Shown: positions 5,618-13,686 of the stretch, in pieces
Layout of the letters: each line of letters starts with the position of its first letter
Numbering within the stretch: the first letter of the stretch is position 1
From: Erysipelotrichaceae bacterium
GTDB taxonomy: Bacteria; Bacillota_I; Bacilli_A; Erysipelotrichales; Erysipelotrichaceae
Assembly (NCBI GenBank): GCA_030604855.1
Contig: JAUVVC010000015.1
Coordinates: 1 to 13,686 of the forward strand
Direction: 5' to 3'
DNA length: 13,686 nt
Made by a program: the position numbers and the translations under genes
The notes under the pieces: generated by a model
What the model was told of the DNA's origin: nothing
The model's input: only the letters and a program-made list of their open reading frames with translations
Databases searched by the model: none

Positions 5618-6334
5618 TTAGAGGGGATTCCGTTTGTTAAGCACCTCATACATCAGTAAGGCCGCACTAACCGACGCATTCAAAGAATTGATCTCCCCAA
5701 ACATGGGAATCTTGACCACTTGGTCGCAATTCTTTAGAACCAATCGTGAAATGCCTTTGCCTTCTGATCCAATCACAAGTGCGACACGACCTTGGTACGC
5801 GATTGATCGATAATCAACCGCATCCGGCGTGAATTCACTTCCATACACCCAAAATTGATGTTTCTTCAAGGTTTCAATCGTCTGTGTCATATTCGTGACG
5901 ACAATCGTCTTAACCGTTTCAATCGCTCCTGTCGAAACTTTCGCAACCGTCGCATTCAAGCTGACGGAATTATGTTTTGGAATGATGATCGCATCAACTT
6001 TACTTGCATCGGCTGTTCGAAGGATCGCACCTAGATTGTGCGGATCTTCGAGTCCATCCAAAAGAACAAGTGTCGCATCGCTTCCCAGAGTCGGCAATAC
6101 TTCCTCAAGTTGATAGGTCTTGTAATCTTCAACCTCCGCCACAACCCCTTGGTGATGTCGACCATAGCGATCCAATTCTTGAACATCACTGAGTTTTACC
6201 TTGATGTTTTCTTGTTTCGCTAAAGCAAGCATCTCCTTATCTGGATGAGCTTTGTTTAAGAATAGTTGGTGAATTTGCTTGTGATTGAGGATGCGTTGCT
6301 TGACAACGTTTTTCCCATAGATGTATTGTGCCAT
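5618..6334 (-). CDS. rlmB: 23S rRNA (guanosine-2'-O)-methyltransferase, RlmB/TrmH (SpoU) family
   Basis: 238 aa. It has an N-terminal IYGKNVV substrate-binding domain and SpoU motifs (DPHNLGAILRTA, LVIGSEGKGIS, SLNASVSAALLMYE). Its synteny matches the yacO position. Confidence 0.9.
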   Translation of the reverse strand: MAQYIYGKNVVKQRILNHKQIHQLFLNKAHPDKEMLALAKQENIKVKLSDVQELDRYGRHHQGVVAEVEDYKTYQLEEVLPTLGSDATLVLLDGLEDPHNLGAILRTADASKVDAIIIPKHNSVSLNATVAKVSTGAIETVKTIVVTNMTQTIETLKKHQFWVYGSEFTPDAVDYRSIAYQGRVALVIGSEGKGISRLVLKNCDQVVKIPMFGEINSLNASVSAALLMYEVLNKRNPL

Positions 6335-6457
6335 GTTTTTATAAAGACCTAGTTCTTAATTTGTTTCAAAGTTTTCCCCAACACTGTGGTTAATTATTGG
6401 AAGCTCTGATTAAACAGTACTCTTATTCTATATTATTTAATTAGGATTGTGTAGCTT

Positions 6458-6492
6458 TCCTAAAGAAAAAATCACACTTTATGTATGTGATT
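6458..6492 (-). terminator. Rho-independent terminator overlapping the mrnC stop
   Basis: The minus strand reads AATCACA-TACATAAAG-TGTGATT-TTTTTCTTTAGG. The 7-bp stem is 6470-6476 with 6486-6492. The stop codon (6479-6481) lies in the loop. Confidence 0.55.
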
Positions 6493-6886
6493 CTACAGTT
6501 TCTTCCTTTTCGATAAAAACGATCATTTGATTGAAGAGATCATCCAAACGAGCTTGTTCATGGTGTAGATGGAGATGCCCGATCAAAGCCTCGAAGCCTG
6601 TCGCATGACGATAGGTCACGATATCCGTATTCTTAGCCTTTGTATCGCTTTTATGATTACGACCTCGTAAATAGACCCTATGTTCTTCTTCACTGAGCAA
6701 GTCGTTTTGGATCAGATGCAAAACAAACTCAGCTTGTGCTTGTGCACGCACGAAACGCACACTGTATTCCTGAAGTTCCTTGGTTTTCGTCAGACCCTTA
6801 TTCACAAGATAATCCCGTACATAAAGTGATAAAACCGCATCCCCGACAAACGCCAAGGTACTGCCATTCAAAAGGTCGATGCGCAT
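6479..6886 (-). CDS. mrnC: Mini-ribonuclease 3
   Basis: 135 aa. It has the LAFVGDAVLSLYVR signature, ...GRN...ATGFEALIGHLHL, and the canonical position after cysS. Its start overlaps the cysS stop (TGATG). Confidence 0.9.
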   Translation of the reverse strand: MRIDLLNGSTLAFVGDAVLSLYVRDYLVNKGLTKTKELQEYSVRFVRAQAQAEFVLHLIQNDLLSEEEHRVYLRGRNHKSDTKAKNTDIVTYRHATGFEALIGHLHLHHEQARLDDLFNQMIVFIEKEETVESHT

Positions 6887-8214
6887 CAGAGTACGTTCGC
6901 TTCCATCAGAACCTTGCGATATTCATCCGCCAAGGCAAAATCTTTATCGATTTTTGCTTGGTTCCATTTTCTATAAATCTCTTTGAGTTCATCACTGACC
7001 TTGAAATATGTATGTCCAATGCCCAGGATATCCAACATAGCTTTTAGATCGTAGTACTGTGCAAAGATCTCATCTTTGAGTTCACGTGCACGCAGATTGA
7101 TGTTGATGGCCTTCACCACATCAAAGATGCACATCATCGCATTGGGTGTGTTCAAATCATCCTGCATCGCTTCTAGGAATGCTTCATAGAATGGAGTATG
7201 TTCCATTTCTTTGATTTCAAGATCACTCAACTGAACTTTAATCTCCACTTGGCGCATAGCACTCAAAGCCTTGTTTACTTCCGTCTTAGCCGTTTCAATC
7301 ACTTCATCCGTAATGTTCAAAGGTGAGCGATAATCGACACTCATCATCATCCAACGTACGACAGCTGATCCCAATTGAGCGATCACATCTTTCGCCAACA
7401 TGACATTCCCTAAAGACTTGCTCATCTTCTCACCGTCAATATTCAACATCCCATTGTGCATCCATACATTGGCCAAACCATGGTGTAGGCAGGCTCTGGA
7501 TTGAGCGACTTCATTCTCATGATGCGGGAACTTCAAGTCCATGCCGCCCCCATGGATGTCGATCATATGGTGGAAGTGTTCATGAATCATGACGACACAT
7601 TCCGTATGCCAACCCGGTCTTCCTTTACCCCAAGGTGAATCCCATTGGATGCCTTGATCTGTTTTCTTCCATAAGGTGAAATCCAATGGATTTTCCTTCT
7701 CACTTTCAGCTTCGATGCGGGCGCCCACTAAAAGATCTTCGATGCGTTGTTTCGAAATCTCCCCATACTCATTTGCCTTTTCCACACGGAAATAAACATT
7801 GCCACGGATATCATACGCAAAACCTTGGTCCACAAGATCTTGAATAAAGGCAACGATACCCTCGATATTCTCTGTAACTTTTGGCTTGTGTTCAATCGGC
7901 AATGCATTCAGACTGTTTCGAACATTCTCATATGCTTCGATGTAGCGCTTGGTGATGACGGTTTCATCCACCGCCTCATCCAATGCTTTTTGGATGATCT
8001 TATCATCCACATCGGTATAGTTCGACACGAAATCAACCTTATATCCTAAGGCTGAAAAGAGTCGACGTAAGGTGTCGAACACAATGATGGGTCGAGCGTT
8101 TCCAATGTGAGCTTCACCGTAGACGGTTGGACCACAGACATACATGGACACTTCATTGGGTTTTATGGGTTTGAATGTTTCAATCTGATTTGTTTTTGAG
8201 TTATAGAGCTTCAT
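6886..8214 (-). CDS. cysS: Cysteine--tRNA ligase
   Basis: Class I aaRS motifs HIGNARP (HIGH) and KMSKSLGN. The ORF-track start at 8223 is a GTG. The ATG at 8214 (MKLYNSKTNQIETF) has GGTGA 5 nt upstream and gives a typical N-terminus. The start is uncertain within 9 nt. Confidence 0.93.
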   Translation of the reverse strand: MKLYNSKTNQIETFKPIKPNEVSMYVCGPTVYGEAHIGNARPIIVFDTLRRLFSALGYKVDFVSNYTDVDDKIIQKALDEAVDETVITKRYIEAYENVRNSLNALPIEHKPKVTENIEGIVAFIQDLVDQGFAYDIRGNVYFRVEKANEYGEISKQRIEDLLVGARIEAESEKENPLDFTLWKKTDQGIQWDSPWGKGRPGWHTECVVMIHEHFHHMIDIHGGGMDLKFPHHENEVAQSRACLHHGLANVWMHNGMLNIDGEKMSKSLGNVMLAKDVIAQLGSAVVRWMMMSVDYRSPLNITDEVIETAKTEVNKALSAMRQVEIKVQLSDLEIKEMEHTPFYEAFLEAMQDDLNTPNAMMCIFDVVKAININLRARELKDEIFAQYYDLKAMLDILGIGHTYFKVSDELKEIYRKWNQAKIDKDFALADEYRKVLMEANVL

Positions 8215-8231
8215 GTGCATCACCGTGTATT

Positions 8232-8240
8232 ATTATAGCA
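8232..8240 (-). promoter_or_regulatory. Extended -10 promoter (TGcTATAAT) for cysS
   Basis: The minus strand reads ATGCTATAATAATACACGGTGATGCACATG. This gives a very short leader, and there is no convincing -35. Confidence 0.45.
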
Positions 8241-8293
8241 TGTCTTACCTAATTTTCATGTGTCTCAAAACCCTTTTGTGTTAGGATAATACT

Positions 8294-8692
8294 ATGGTTG
8301 AAGCACTTAAATGGTTCATTGAAATCGTAAACAAAGTCCATCGTTGGATTCTCAGCCTAAATGATCAATACACCTGGGCACTTTCCGATAAGGATTTACA
8401 CTTTATCGTATTTGGTTTATTGGCTTTAGGTTTTTTCGTGATGATTCATGCCTTGTTTAGGCGACTTGCGAAGATATCAATCAGTACCCTATCCTTCATT
8501 TATACCTTTACCGTCATGTTCGCCTTGGCCATGGCGATTGAGTTTGGACAACGTGTCACCCGACAAGGCATCATGGATTTCGATGATGTGTTGTTTGGGA
8601 TGGTCGGCTTTGTCTCCTTTTTCATCGTCTATCAATTCATTCTTATCCTTCTAAAGGCAATCCAATCTTTTATTAAAGATAGAAAGAGGTAA
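8294..8692 (+). CDS. Small integral membrane protein, VanZ-like (132 aa)
   Basis: Three predicted TM helices. The stretch EFGQRVTRQGIMDFDDVLFGMVGF resembles the VanZ-family E-x-x-Q...R...D-x-x-D/N-x-x-G signature (weak, from memory). AGGA lies 7 nt before the ATG. The stop is 1 nt before the galE ATG. Confidence 0.6.
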   Translation: MVEALKWFIEIVNKVHRWILSLNDQYTWALSDKDLHFIVFGLLALGFFVMIHALFRRLAKISISTLSFIYTFTVMFALAMAIEFGQRVTRQGIMDFDDVLFGMVGFVSFFIVYQFILILLKAIQSFIKDRKR

Positions 8693-8693
8693 T

Positions 8694-9689
8694 ATGAGTA
8701 TTTTAGTCACCGGAGGAACCGGTTATATCGGTTCCCATACCGTCGTTGTCTTGTTGGAGGCGGGTTATGACGTGATCATTGCGGATAACTTGTACAACAG
8801 TAAATTGGATGTCTTGGATAAGATTGAAACCATCACAGGCATCCGTCCGATGTTTTACAACGTTGATGTCTCCAAACGCAGTGAGATCGAACCCCTTTTC
8901 AAAATGCATTCGATCGAAGCGATCCTCCACTTCGCAGGCTACAAAGCCGTGGGTGAATCCGTCGCCAAACCTTTGATGTATTATCGAAACAATCTTCTAG
9001 GAACCCTTGAGTTGGCGGATTGTGCTGTGAAGTACAATATCCCTAAATTCATTTTCAGCTCTTCCGCCACGGTATATGGTGATAACGTCGTCCCTTTGCA
9101 TGAAGATTTGCCTTTACTTCCAACGACCAATCCTTATGGTGAAACCAAGGCCATGTCGGAGCGTATCTTAAGTGATGTGGCAAAGGCAAATCCGGATTTC
9201 AATGTCTCACTGTTGCGTTATTTCAATCCGATTGGAGCCCATGCAAGTGGTTTGATTGGTGAGATACCTGTTGGGACCCCCAATAATCTCATGCCCTATC
9301 TGACCCAAGTCGCCAAAGGCATGCGCAGTCACTTGTCTGTGTTTGGAAATGATTATCCGACCGTGGATGGGACAGGTGTCCGTGACTATATCCATGTGGT
9401 GGATCTTGCCTTAGGTCATATGGCTGCCCTTAAGGGGATGCAAAATGGCGTCAATGTATACAATCTTGGGACAGGCAAAGGAAGCTCTGTTTTGGAGCTC
9501 ATTCAAACCTTTGAACGTGTCAATGCGATCAAGATTCCTTATCAGATCGTGGATCGTAGACCGGGTGATGTGGCGGCTTCCTATGCGGATGTGTCCAAAG
9601 CTTATCGTGAATTGAATTGGAAGACCGAGAAGAGTCTTGAGGATATGTGTCGTGACAGTTGGTTTTTCGAGAAAAACCTTGAAGATTGA
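8694..9689 (+). CDS. galE: UDP-glucose 4-epimerase
   Basis: 331 aa with the Rossmann motif VTGGTGYIGSH, the SSSATVYG and YGETK (YxxxK) catalytic motifs, and LRYFNP. This is a classical GalE. Confidence 0.92.
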   Translation: MSILVTGGTGYIGSHTVVVLLEAGYDVIIADNLYNSKLDVLDKIETITGIRPMFYNVDVSKRSEIEPLFKMHSIEAILHFAGYKAVGESVAKPLMYYRNNLLGTLELADCAVKYNIPKFIFSSSATVYGDNVVPLHEDLPLLPTTNPYGETKAMSERILSDVAKANPDFNVSLLRYFNPIGAHASGLIGEIPVGTPNNLMPYLTQVAKGMRSHLSVFGNDYPTVDGTGVRDYIHVVDLALGHMAALKGMQNGVNVYNLGTGKGSSVLELIQTFERVNAIKIPYQIVDRRPGDVAASYADVSKAYRELNWKTEKSLEDMCRDSWFFEKNLED

Positions 9690-9690
9690 A

Positions 9691-9720
9691 GTGTGAACCC
9701 TGTGTTCACGCTTTTTATTT
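9691..9720 (+). terminator. Rho-independent terminator after galE
   Basis: The stem is GTGTGAAC / GTTCACGC (9691-9698 with 9704-9711, one G.U pair), the loop is CCTGT, and TTTTTATTTT follows. Confidence 0.75.
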
Positions 9721-9729
9721 TAAAGAATA

Positions 9730-9738
9730 TGTTAAAAT
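9730..9738 (+). promoter_or_regulatory. Extended -10 promoter (TGtTAAAAT) for the ligase-racemase-rmlAB operon
   Basis: atatgttaaaataa lies immediately after the galE terminator and about 20 nt before the ATG at 9759. Confidence 0.4.
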
Positions 9739-9758
9739 AATTGCGTACAGAGAAAAAT

Positions 9759-10955
9759 ATGCAAAATAAAGCCGTCATCTTAGGTTCCAACTATTTCATC
9801 GCTTTAAGCATCTTGCGCTCCTTAGGTCCGCATGGTGTCCACTGCGTTGCCCTGGATCATTCCAAAAAGAATAGTTATGCCTTTTTATCCAAATATGTCA
9901 ATGAAGCACATGTGACACCCCACTACAAAGATCAGGAAACTGAATTTCTTAGATGGTTGATCGACTATGCTCAAAAACAGGATCTTAAACCTGTTCTTTT
10001 TCCATGTGCGGACAATTATGTGGAGTTCATCGATAAACATTTGAATGTACTCAAGAAACATTACTTGATCCCTCAAACCCAACAAGGACTTTATACCGAA
10101 GTCATGAACAAAGATACCTTGCATGATCTCGCTGTCAAACATGGTGTTCGGGTACCAGAGTCTTATCGTTCCAATGAAAACAACTTAAAAGATAAGGTAT
10201 CACAGAATGTGGGTTACCCCTGCATTGTCAAGCCCGTAGACTCCCCTGCCTTCACCAAAGCCTTCCGAGTGAAGAGTTTCATGGTTCACGATGAAACTGA
10301 ACTTGAAGCCGCTTTAAGCAAGGCTCGTAGCGCAGCACTTGAAGTGATCGTTCAACGCATCATTCCTGGTTTCGATGATCACATGTTTACTTACGATGCC
10401 TACATGAATCAAGCATCCGATGTGACGCATTGGGTGACCTGCAATAAATTCCGTCAGTACCCCATAAATTTTGGAGCTTCTTCGTTTACCATACAGAAAT
10501 ATGTGCCTGAGCTGCATGTGATAGGAGAACCTTTCTTCAAAGCTATGGGTTATAAAGGCTTTGCCGAAATCGAATTCAAAAAAGATGCGAAGACTGGTGA
10601 ATACTACTTAATTGAAATCAATGTCCGTACAACGACACTGAACTCGATGTTGCAGAAGGCCGGAGTCAATTTCCCTTATGTTCAATATTGTGAACTGACT
10701 GGTCAACCTCTTGCGAACCATGCGGTTACGGAAGACACCAACATCGCATTCTGGTTTGAATACGAAGATATGTTGGCCATCAAGGACTACATCAAAACCA
10801 ATCAATTAACGTTTAAACAAGTCTTGCCTACTTTTAAAAGACCGATCGTTCCAGCAGTCTTCGATGCGAAAGACGTCAAACCTTTCTTTGGCATGTTGGG
10901 TATGTTGGGTGGAAGAGCTGTTCGTAAGGTCAAGCGGATGGTGTTCCATGCATAA
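9759..10955 (+). CDS. ATP-grasp carboxylate-amine ligase, D-aspartate-ligase-like
   Basis: The N-terminal pre-ATP-grasp domain is KAVILGSNYFIALSILRSLGPHGV. ATP-grasp motifs are YPCIVKPVDS, VIVQRIIPG and GFAEIEFKKDAKTGEYYLIEINVR. I prefer the ATG at 9759 over the TTG at 9741, which lies within or before the predicted start of transcription and has no SD. The D-Asp ligase call rests on the pairing with the racemase. Confidence 0.75.
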   Translation: MQNKAVILGSNYFIALSILRSLGPHGVHCVALDHSKKNSYAFLSKYVNEAHVTPHYKDQETEFLRWLIDYAQKQDLKPVLFPCADNYVEFIDKHLNVLKKHYLIPQTQQGLYTEVMNKDTLHDLAVKHGVRVPESYRSNENNLKDKVSQNVGYPCIVKPVDSPAFTKAFRVKSFMVHDETELEAALSKARSAALEVIVQRIIPGFDDHMFTYDAYMNQASDVTHWVTCNKFRQYPINFGASSFTIQKYVPELHVIGEPFFKAMGYKGFAEIEFKKDAKTGEYYLIEINVRTTTLNSMLQKAGVNFPYVQYCELTGQPLANHAVTEDTNIAFWFEYEDMLAIKDYIKTNQLTFKQVLPTFKRPIVPAVFDAKDVKPFFGMLGMLGGRAVRKVKRMVFHA

Positions 10956-11643
10956 CAAGCGCATCGGCATCATCGGCGGGATGGGTCCCGAGGCAACGGC
11001 CTATTATTACACCCAGTTCGTAAAACGTACGCATGTATCGAAGGACCAGGATCATTTCCATGTGGTGATCGATGCGAATCCCAAGATTCCCGATCGTACA
11101 CAAGCAATTTTGAACAAGGGTGAATCACCATTGCCTTATTTGATTGAAAGTATTGAACGCTTGAATCAGATGCATGTGGATAAAGCCTTCATCACCTGCA
11201 TCACCAGTCATTATTTCTATGATCAGATCAAAGCACATGCGCAATTTGAACTCATTCATGCATTGGATGCTTTGAATACAGCTTTACATCAAGCCAACAT
11301 CAAAAAGATCGGCTTGTTGGCAACCAGTGGAACCATCAAAACCCAGCTCTTCCCACAAGCACTTAAAGACATCGACGTCATCGTACCCAACGAAGTTTCA
11401 CAAGCTGAAGTCATGGATGCCATCTATAATCCCAACAGCGGAATCAAGAGTGGACATACCGAAGGTTTAGCGCTTGAACAGTTGATCAAAGCCGGTGAAG
11501 CTTTGATCGCACAAGGAGCCGAGGTCATCGTGGGGGGTTGTACGGAAGTCTCCATGGTGCTTAAAGCAAATCATTTCAAAGTAAAATTATACGATCCCAT
11601 GATCGTTACAATTGATTCCATCATCAAAGGAGATTCACTATGA
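10948..11643 (+). CDS. Aspartate/glutamate-family racemase, aspartate-racemase-like (231 aa)
   Basis: [21 protein letters not shown]...[19 protein letters not shown], a first Cys motif ITCITSH (in place of the usual CNTAH), and a second Cys motif GGCTE. The ATG at 10948 overlaps the ligase stop by 8 nt. The stop overlaps the rmlA start (ATGA). Confidence 0.85.
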   Translation: MHNKRIGIIGGMGPEATAYYYTQFVKRTHVSKDQDHFHVVIDANPKIPDRTQAILNKGESPLPYLIESIERLNQMHVDKAFITCITSHYFYDQIKAHAQFELIHALDALNTALHQANIKKIGLLATSGTIKTQLFPQALKDIDVIVPNEVSQAEVMDAIYNPNSGIKSGHTEGLALEQLIKAGEALIAQGAEVIVGGCTEVSMVLKANHFKVKLYDPMIVTIDSIIKGDSL

Positions 11644-12524
11644 AAGGTATCATCTTAGCCGGTGGCGCAGGAACACGCCTCTATCCATTGACCATGGTCA
11701 CATCCAAACAGCTCTTGCCTGTTTACGATAAACCCATGATCTATTATCCCCTCTCGACACTCATGTTGGCAGGCATCCGTGAGATCTTGATCATCTCAAC
11801 CCCACAAGACCTTCCCAACTTCGAACGACTCTTGGGGGATGGCCATCAATATGGTTTGAAGCTGAGTTATAAGGTTCAACCTTCACCGGATGGTTTGGCT
11901 CAAGCCTTCATCTTGGGTGAGGAATTCATTGGGGATGACAGTGTCGCCATGGTCCTTGGAGACAACATCTTCTATGGCAGTGGTTTTGGTCAGTTCCTTA
12001 AAGAAGCCGTTGAAGTCTCAGAAAAGGGCAACTGTTCCTTATTTGGTTATTACGTCCAAGATCCAGAACGCTTCGGTATTGTCGAATTCGATCAAAATGG
12101 TAAAGTGCTTTCCGTAGAGGAAAAACCTGAACATCCAAAATCCAATTACTGCATCACTGGCCTTTATTTCTATGACAACAGTGTCGTCGAAAAAGCTAAG
12201 GGTTTGAAGCCATCGAAACGCGGTGAATTGGAAATCACCGATCTCAATCGTTTGTATCTTGAAGAAGATAAGCTCCATGTTCAAGTCTTGGGCAGAGGTT
12301 TCGCTTGGTTGGATACCGGCACGATGGACAGTCTCGTAGACGCGGCAGACTTTGTCAGAACTTTGGAGAAACGTCAAGGTTTGAAGATCTCTGCAATTGA
12401 AGAAATCGCTTATAACAAAGGTTGGATCAGTAAAGAAGAACTGATCGAAGCCGCAAAACGTTATGGAAAGTCGCCCTATGGTCAACACTTGATGGCTGTA
12501 GCGGAAGGCAAGATTCTATACTAG
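11640..12524 (+). CDS. rfbA: Glucose-1-phosphate thymidylyltransferase
   Basis: 294 aa. [18 protein letters not shown]...[32 protein letters not shown] is a canonical RmlA sequence. Confidence 0.95.
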   Translation: MKGIILAGGAGTRLYPLTMVTSKQLLPVYDKPMIYYPLSTLMLAGIREILIISTPQDLPNFERLLGDGHQYGLKLSYKVQPSPDGLAQAFILGEEFIGDDSVAMVLGDNIFYGSGFGQFLKEAVEVSEKGNCSLFGYYVQDPERFGIVEFDQNGKVLSVEEKPEHPKSNYCITGLYFYDNSVVEKAKGLKPSKRGELEITDLNRLYLEEDKLHVQVLGRGFAWLDTGTMDSLVDAADFVRTLEKRQGLKISAIEEIAYNKGWISKEELIEAAKRYGKSPYGQHLMAVAEGKILY

Positions 12525-12534
12525 GGGGAACACA

Positions 12535-13575
12535 ATGAAGATATTAGTAACAGGTGGAGCGGGCTTCATCGGCGGTAATTTTGTCTTGTATATGGTCAAT
12601 CAGTATCCAGAAGATACGATCGTCAATTTGGATGCCTTGACTTATGCGGGGAATTTGGAGACTTTGAAATCGGTTGAAGATAAGCCGAATTATAAGTTTG
12701 TGAAGGGCGACATCGCAGATCATGCCTTCATCGATCAACTCTTCAAAGATGAACAGTTCGATGCGGTCGTGAACTTTGCGGCAGAGAGCCATGTGGATCG
12801 TTCGATCACGGATCCCGGCATCTTCGTCAAAACCAATATCTTGGGGACTCAAGTCCTCTTGGATGCTAGTAAGAAATATGGGGTCAAACGTTATCACCAA
12901 GTCAGTACGGATGAAGTCTATGGAGATCTGCCTTTGGATCGCTTGGATCTCTTTTTCACCGAAGAAACCCCGCTGCATACCTCTAGTCCTTACAGCGCAT
13001 CCAAAGCCGGTGCGGACCTCTTGGTTCTTGCCTATCATCGCACCTTCCAGATGCCTGTGACCATCTCTCGCTGTTCAAACAACTATGGACCGTATCACTT
13101 TCCTGAGAAGCTGATTCCCTTGATGATCTCAAGAGCACTCAACGATCAGAGTCTACCGGTCTATGGTAAAGGGGAAAACGTTCGTGATTGGTTGCATGTC
13201 TATGACCATTGTGTAGCGATTGACTTGATTCTCCGTAGGGGCAGAATCGGGGAAGTCTATAACATCGGAGGTCATAATGAACGGACCAACTTAGAAGTGG
13301 TTCAAACCATCCTAAGAGAATTGAACAGACCCGAAACTTTGATTCAATACGTCACCGATCGCAAAGGTCATGACTTGCGTTATGCCATCGATCCGACGAA
13401 AATCGAAACGGAGTTGAACTGGAAACCAAAGTATAATTTCGATACCGGCATTAAACAAACCATTCAATGGTATCTCGACAATAAAGCATGGTGGCAGAAC
13501 ATCCTCAGTGGTGAATACAGCCATTACTTCGAAAATCAATATACCGATCTTCATAAAAAAAGTACAGTAAGGTAG
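12535..13575 (+). CDS. rfbB: dTDP-glucose 4,6-dehydratase
   Basis: 346 aa with VTGGAGFIGGNF, STDEVYGD and YSASKAGAD (YxxxK). GGGGGA SD lies before the ATG. Confidence 0.95.
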   Translation: MKILVTGGAGFIGGNFVLYMVNQYPEDTIVNLDALTYAGNLETLKSVEDKPNYKFVKGDIADHAFIDQLFKDEQFDAVVNFAAESHVDRSITDPGIFVKTNILGTQVLLDASKKYGVKRYHQVSTDEVYGDLPLDRLDLFFTEETPLHTSSPYSASKAGADLLVLAYHRTFQMPVTISRCSNNYGPYHFPEKLIPLMISRALNDQSLPVYGKGENVRDWLHVYDHCVAIDLILRRGRIGEVYNIGGHNERTNLEVVQTILRELNRPETLIQYVTDRKGHDLRYAIDPTKIETELNWKPKYNFDTGIKQTIQWYLDNKAWWQNILSGEYSHYFENQYTDLHKKSTVR

Positions 13576-13617
13576 AGTGTGGTTTTGAGAAAGTGCGCTC
13601 TAAAGTTCAGTGTGGGT

Positions 13618-13655
13618 AAAGAGAAGACTAATCAAAGGTCTTCTCTTTTTTCTTT
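13618..13655 (+). terminator. Rho-independent terminator after rfbB
   Basis: The stem is AGAGAAGAC / GTCTTCTCT (13620-13628 with 13638-13646), the loop is TAATCAAAG, and TTTTTTC follows. Confidence 0.8.
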
Positions 13656-13686
13656 GCACTTAGTATTCTCTTGTCTGAAGTTATGC

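Noticed and set aside
8224-8293. T-box riboswitch upstream of cysS
   Set aside because: Only 70 bp is available, and there is no specifier or T-box sequence.
9741-9758. TTG start for the ATP-grasp ligase
   Set aside because: It has no SD upstream. It also lies within or just after the predicted -10 and start of transcription. The ATG at 9759 gives the usual short N-terminus before the KAVILG strand.
10864-10947. N-terminal 28-codon extension of the racemase ORF
   Set aside because: It would overlap the ligase gene by 92 nt. The family N-terminus (M[13 protein letters not shown]) begins at the ATG at 10948.
12039-13038. Minus-strand ORFs of 149 and 164 aa inside rfbA and rfbB
   Set aside because: They lie antisense to highly recognisable RmlA and RmlB coding sequences and have no motifs or start context.

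Overview
Most of this window is a conserved Bacillota-type housekeeping cluster on the minus strand: cysS, mrnC, rlmB, a sigH-like sigma factor, rpmG, secE, nusG, one extra gene, rplK and rplA. The order matches the Bacillus subtilis cysS-yazC-yacO-(yacP)-sigH-rpmGB-secE-nusG-rplK-rplA arrangement. Two things differ: there is no yacP, and a DUF3052-like gene sits between nusG and rplK. A cell-envelope sugar locus is transcribed divergently on the plus strand (8294-13655). It holds a small VanZ-like membrane protein and galE, then a terminator. After that comes a tightly coupled four-gene operon: an ATP-grasp ligase, an Asp/Glu-family racemase, rmlA and rmlB. The left 2.2 kb, downstream of the rplA terminator, is an accessory islet of small uncharacterised genes: an 83-aa ORF, two diverged paralogs and a lipoprotein. 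The islet is rich in non-coding repeats. These include a 17-nt homopolymer next to a promoter-like element, a 35-nt intergenic block duplicated at 33/35 identity, a three-copy 22-23-nt motif, and a short tandem array at the window edge. I see no rRNA, tRNA, CRISPR array, transposase or integrase. The standard genetic code fits every gene. The best candidates for something undescribed are the ligase-racemase pair fused to dTDP-sugar synthesis and the paralog/repeat islet. Both functional readings are inference from sequence and context only. All start-site refinements, hairpins and repeat counts were made by eye.
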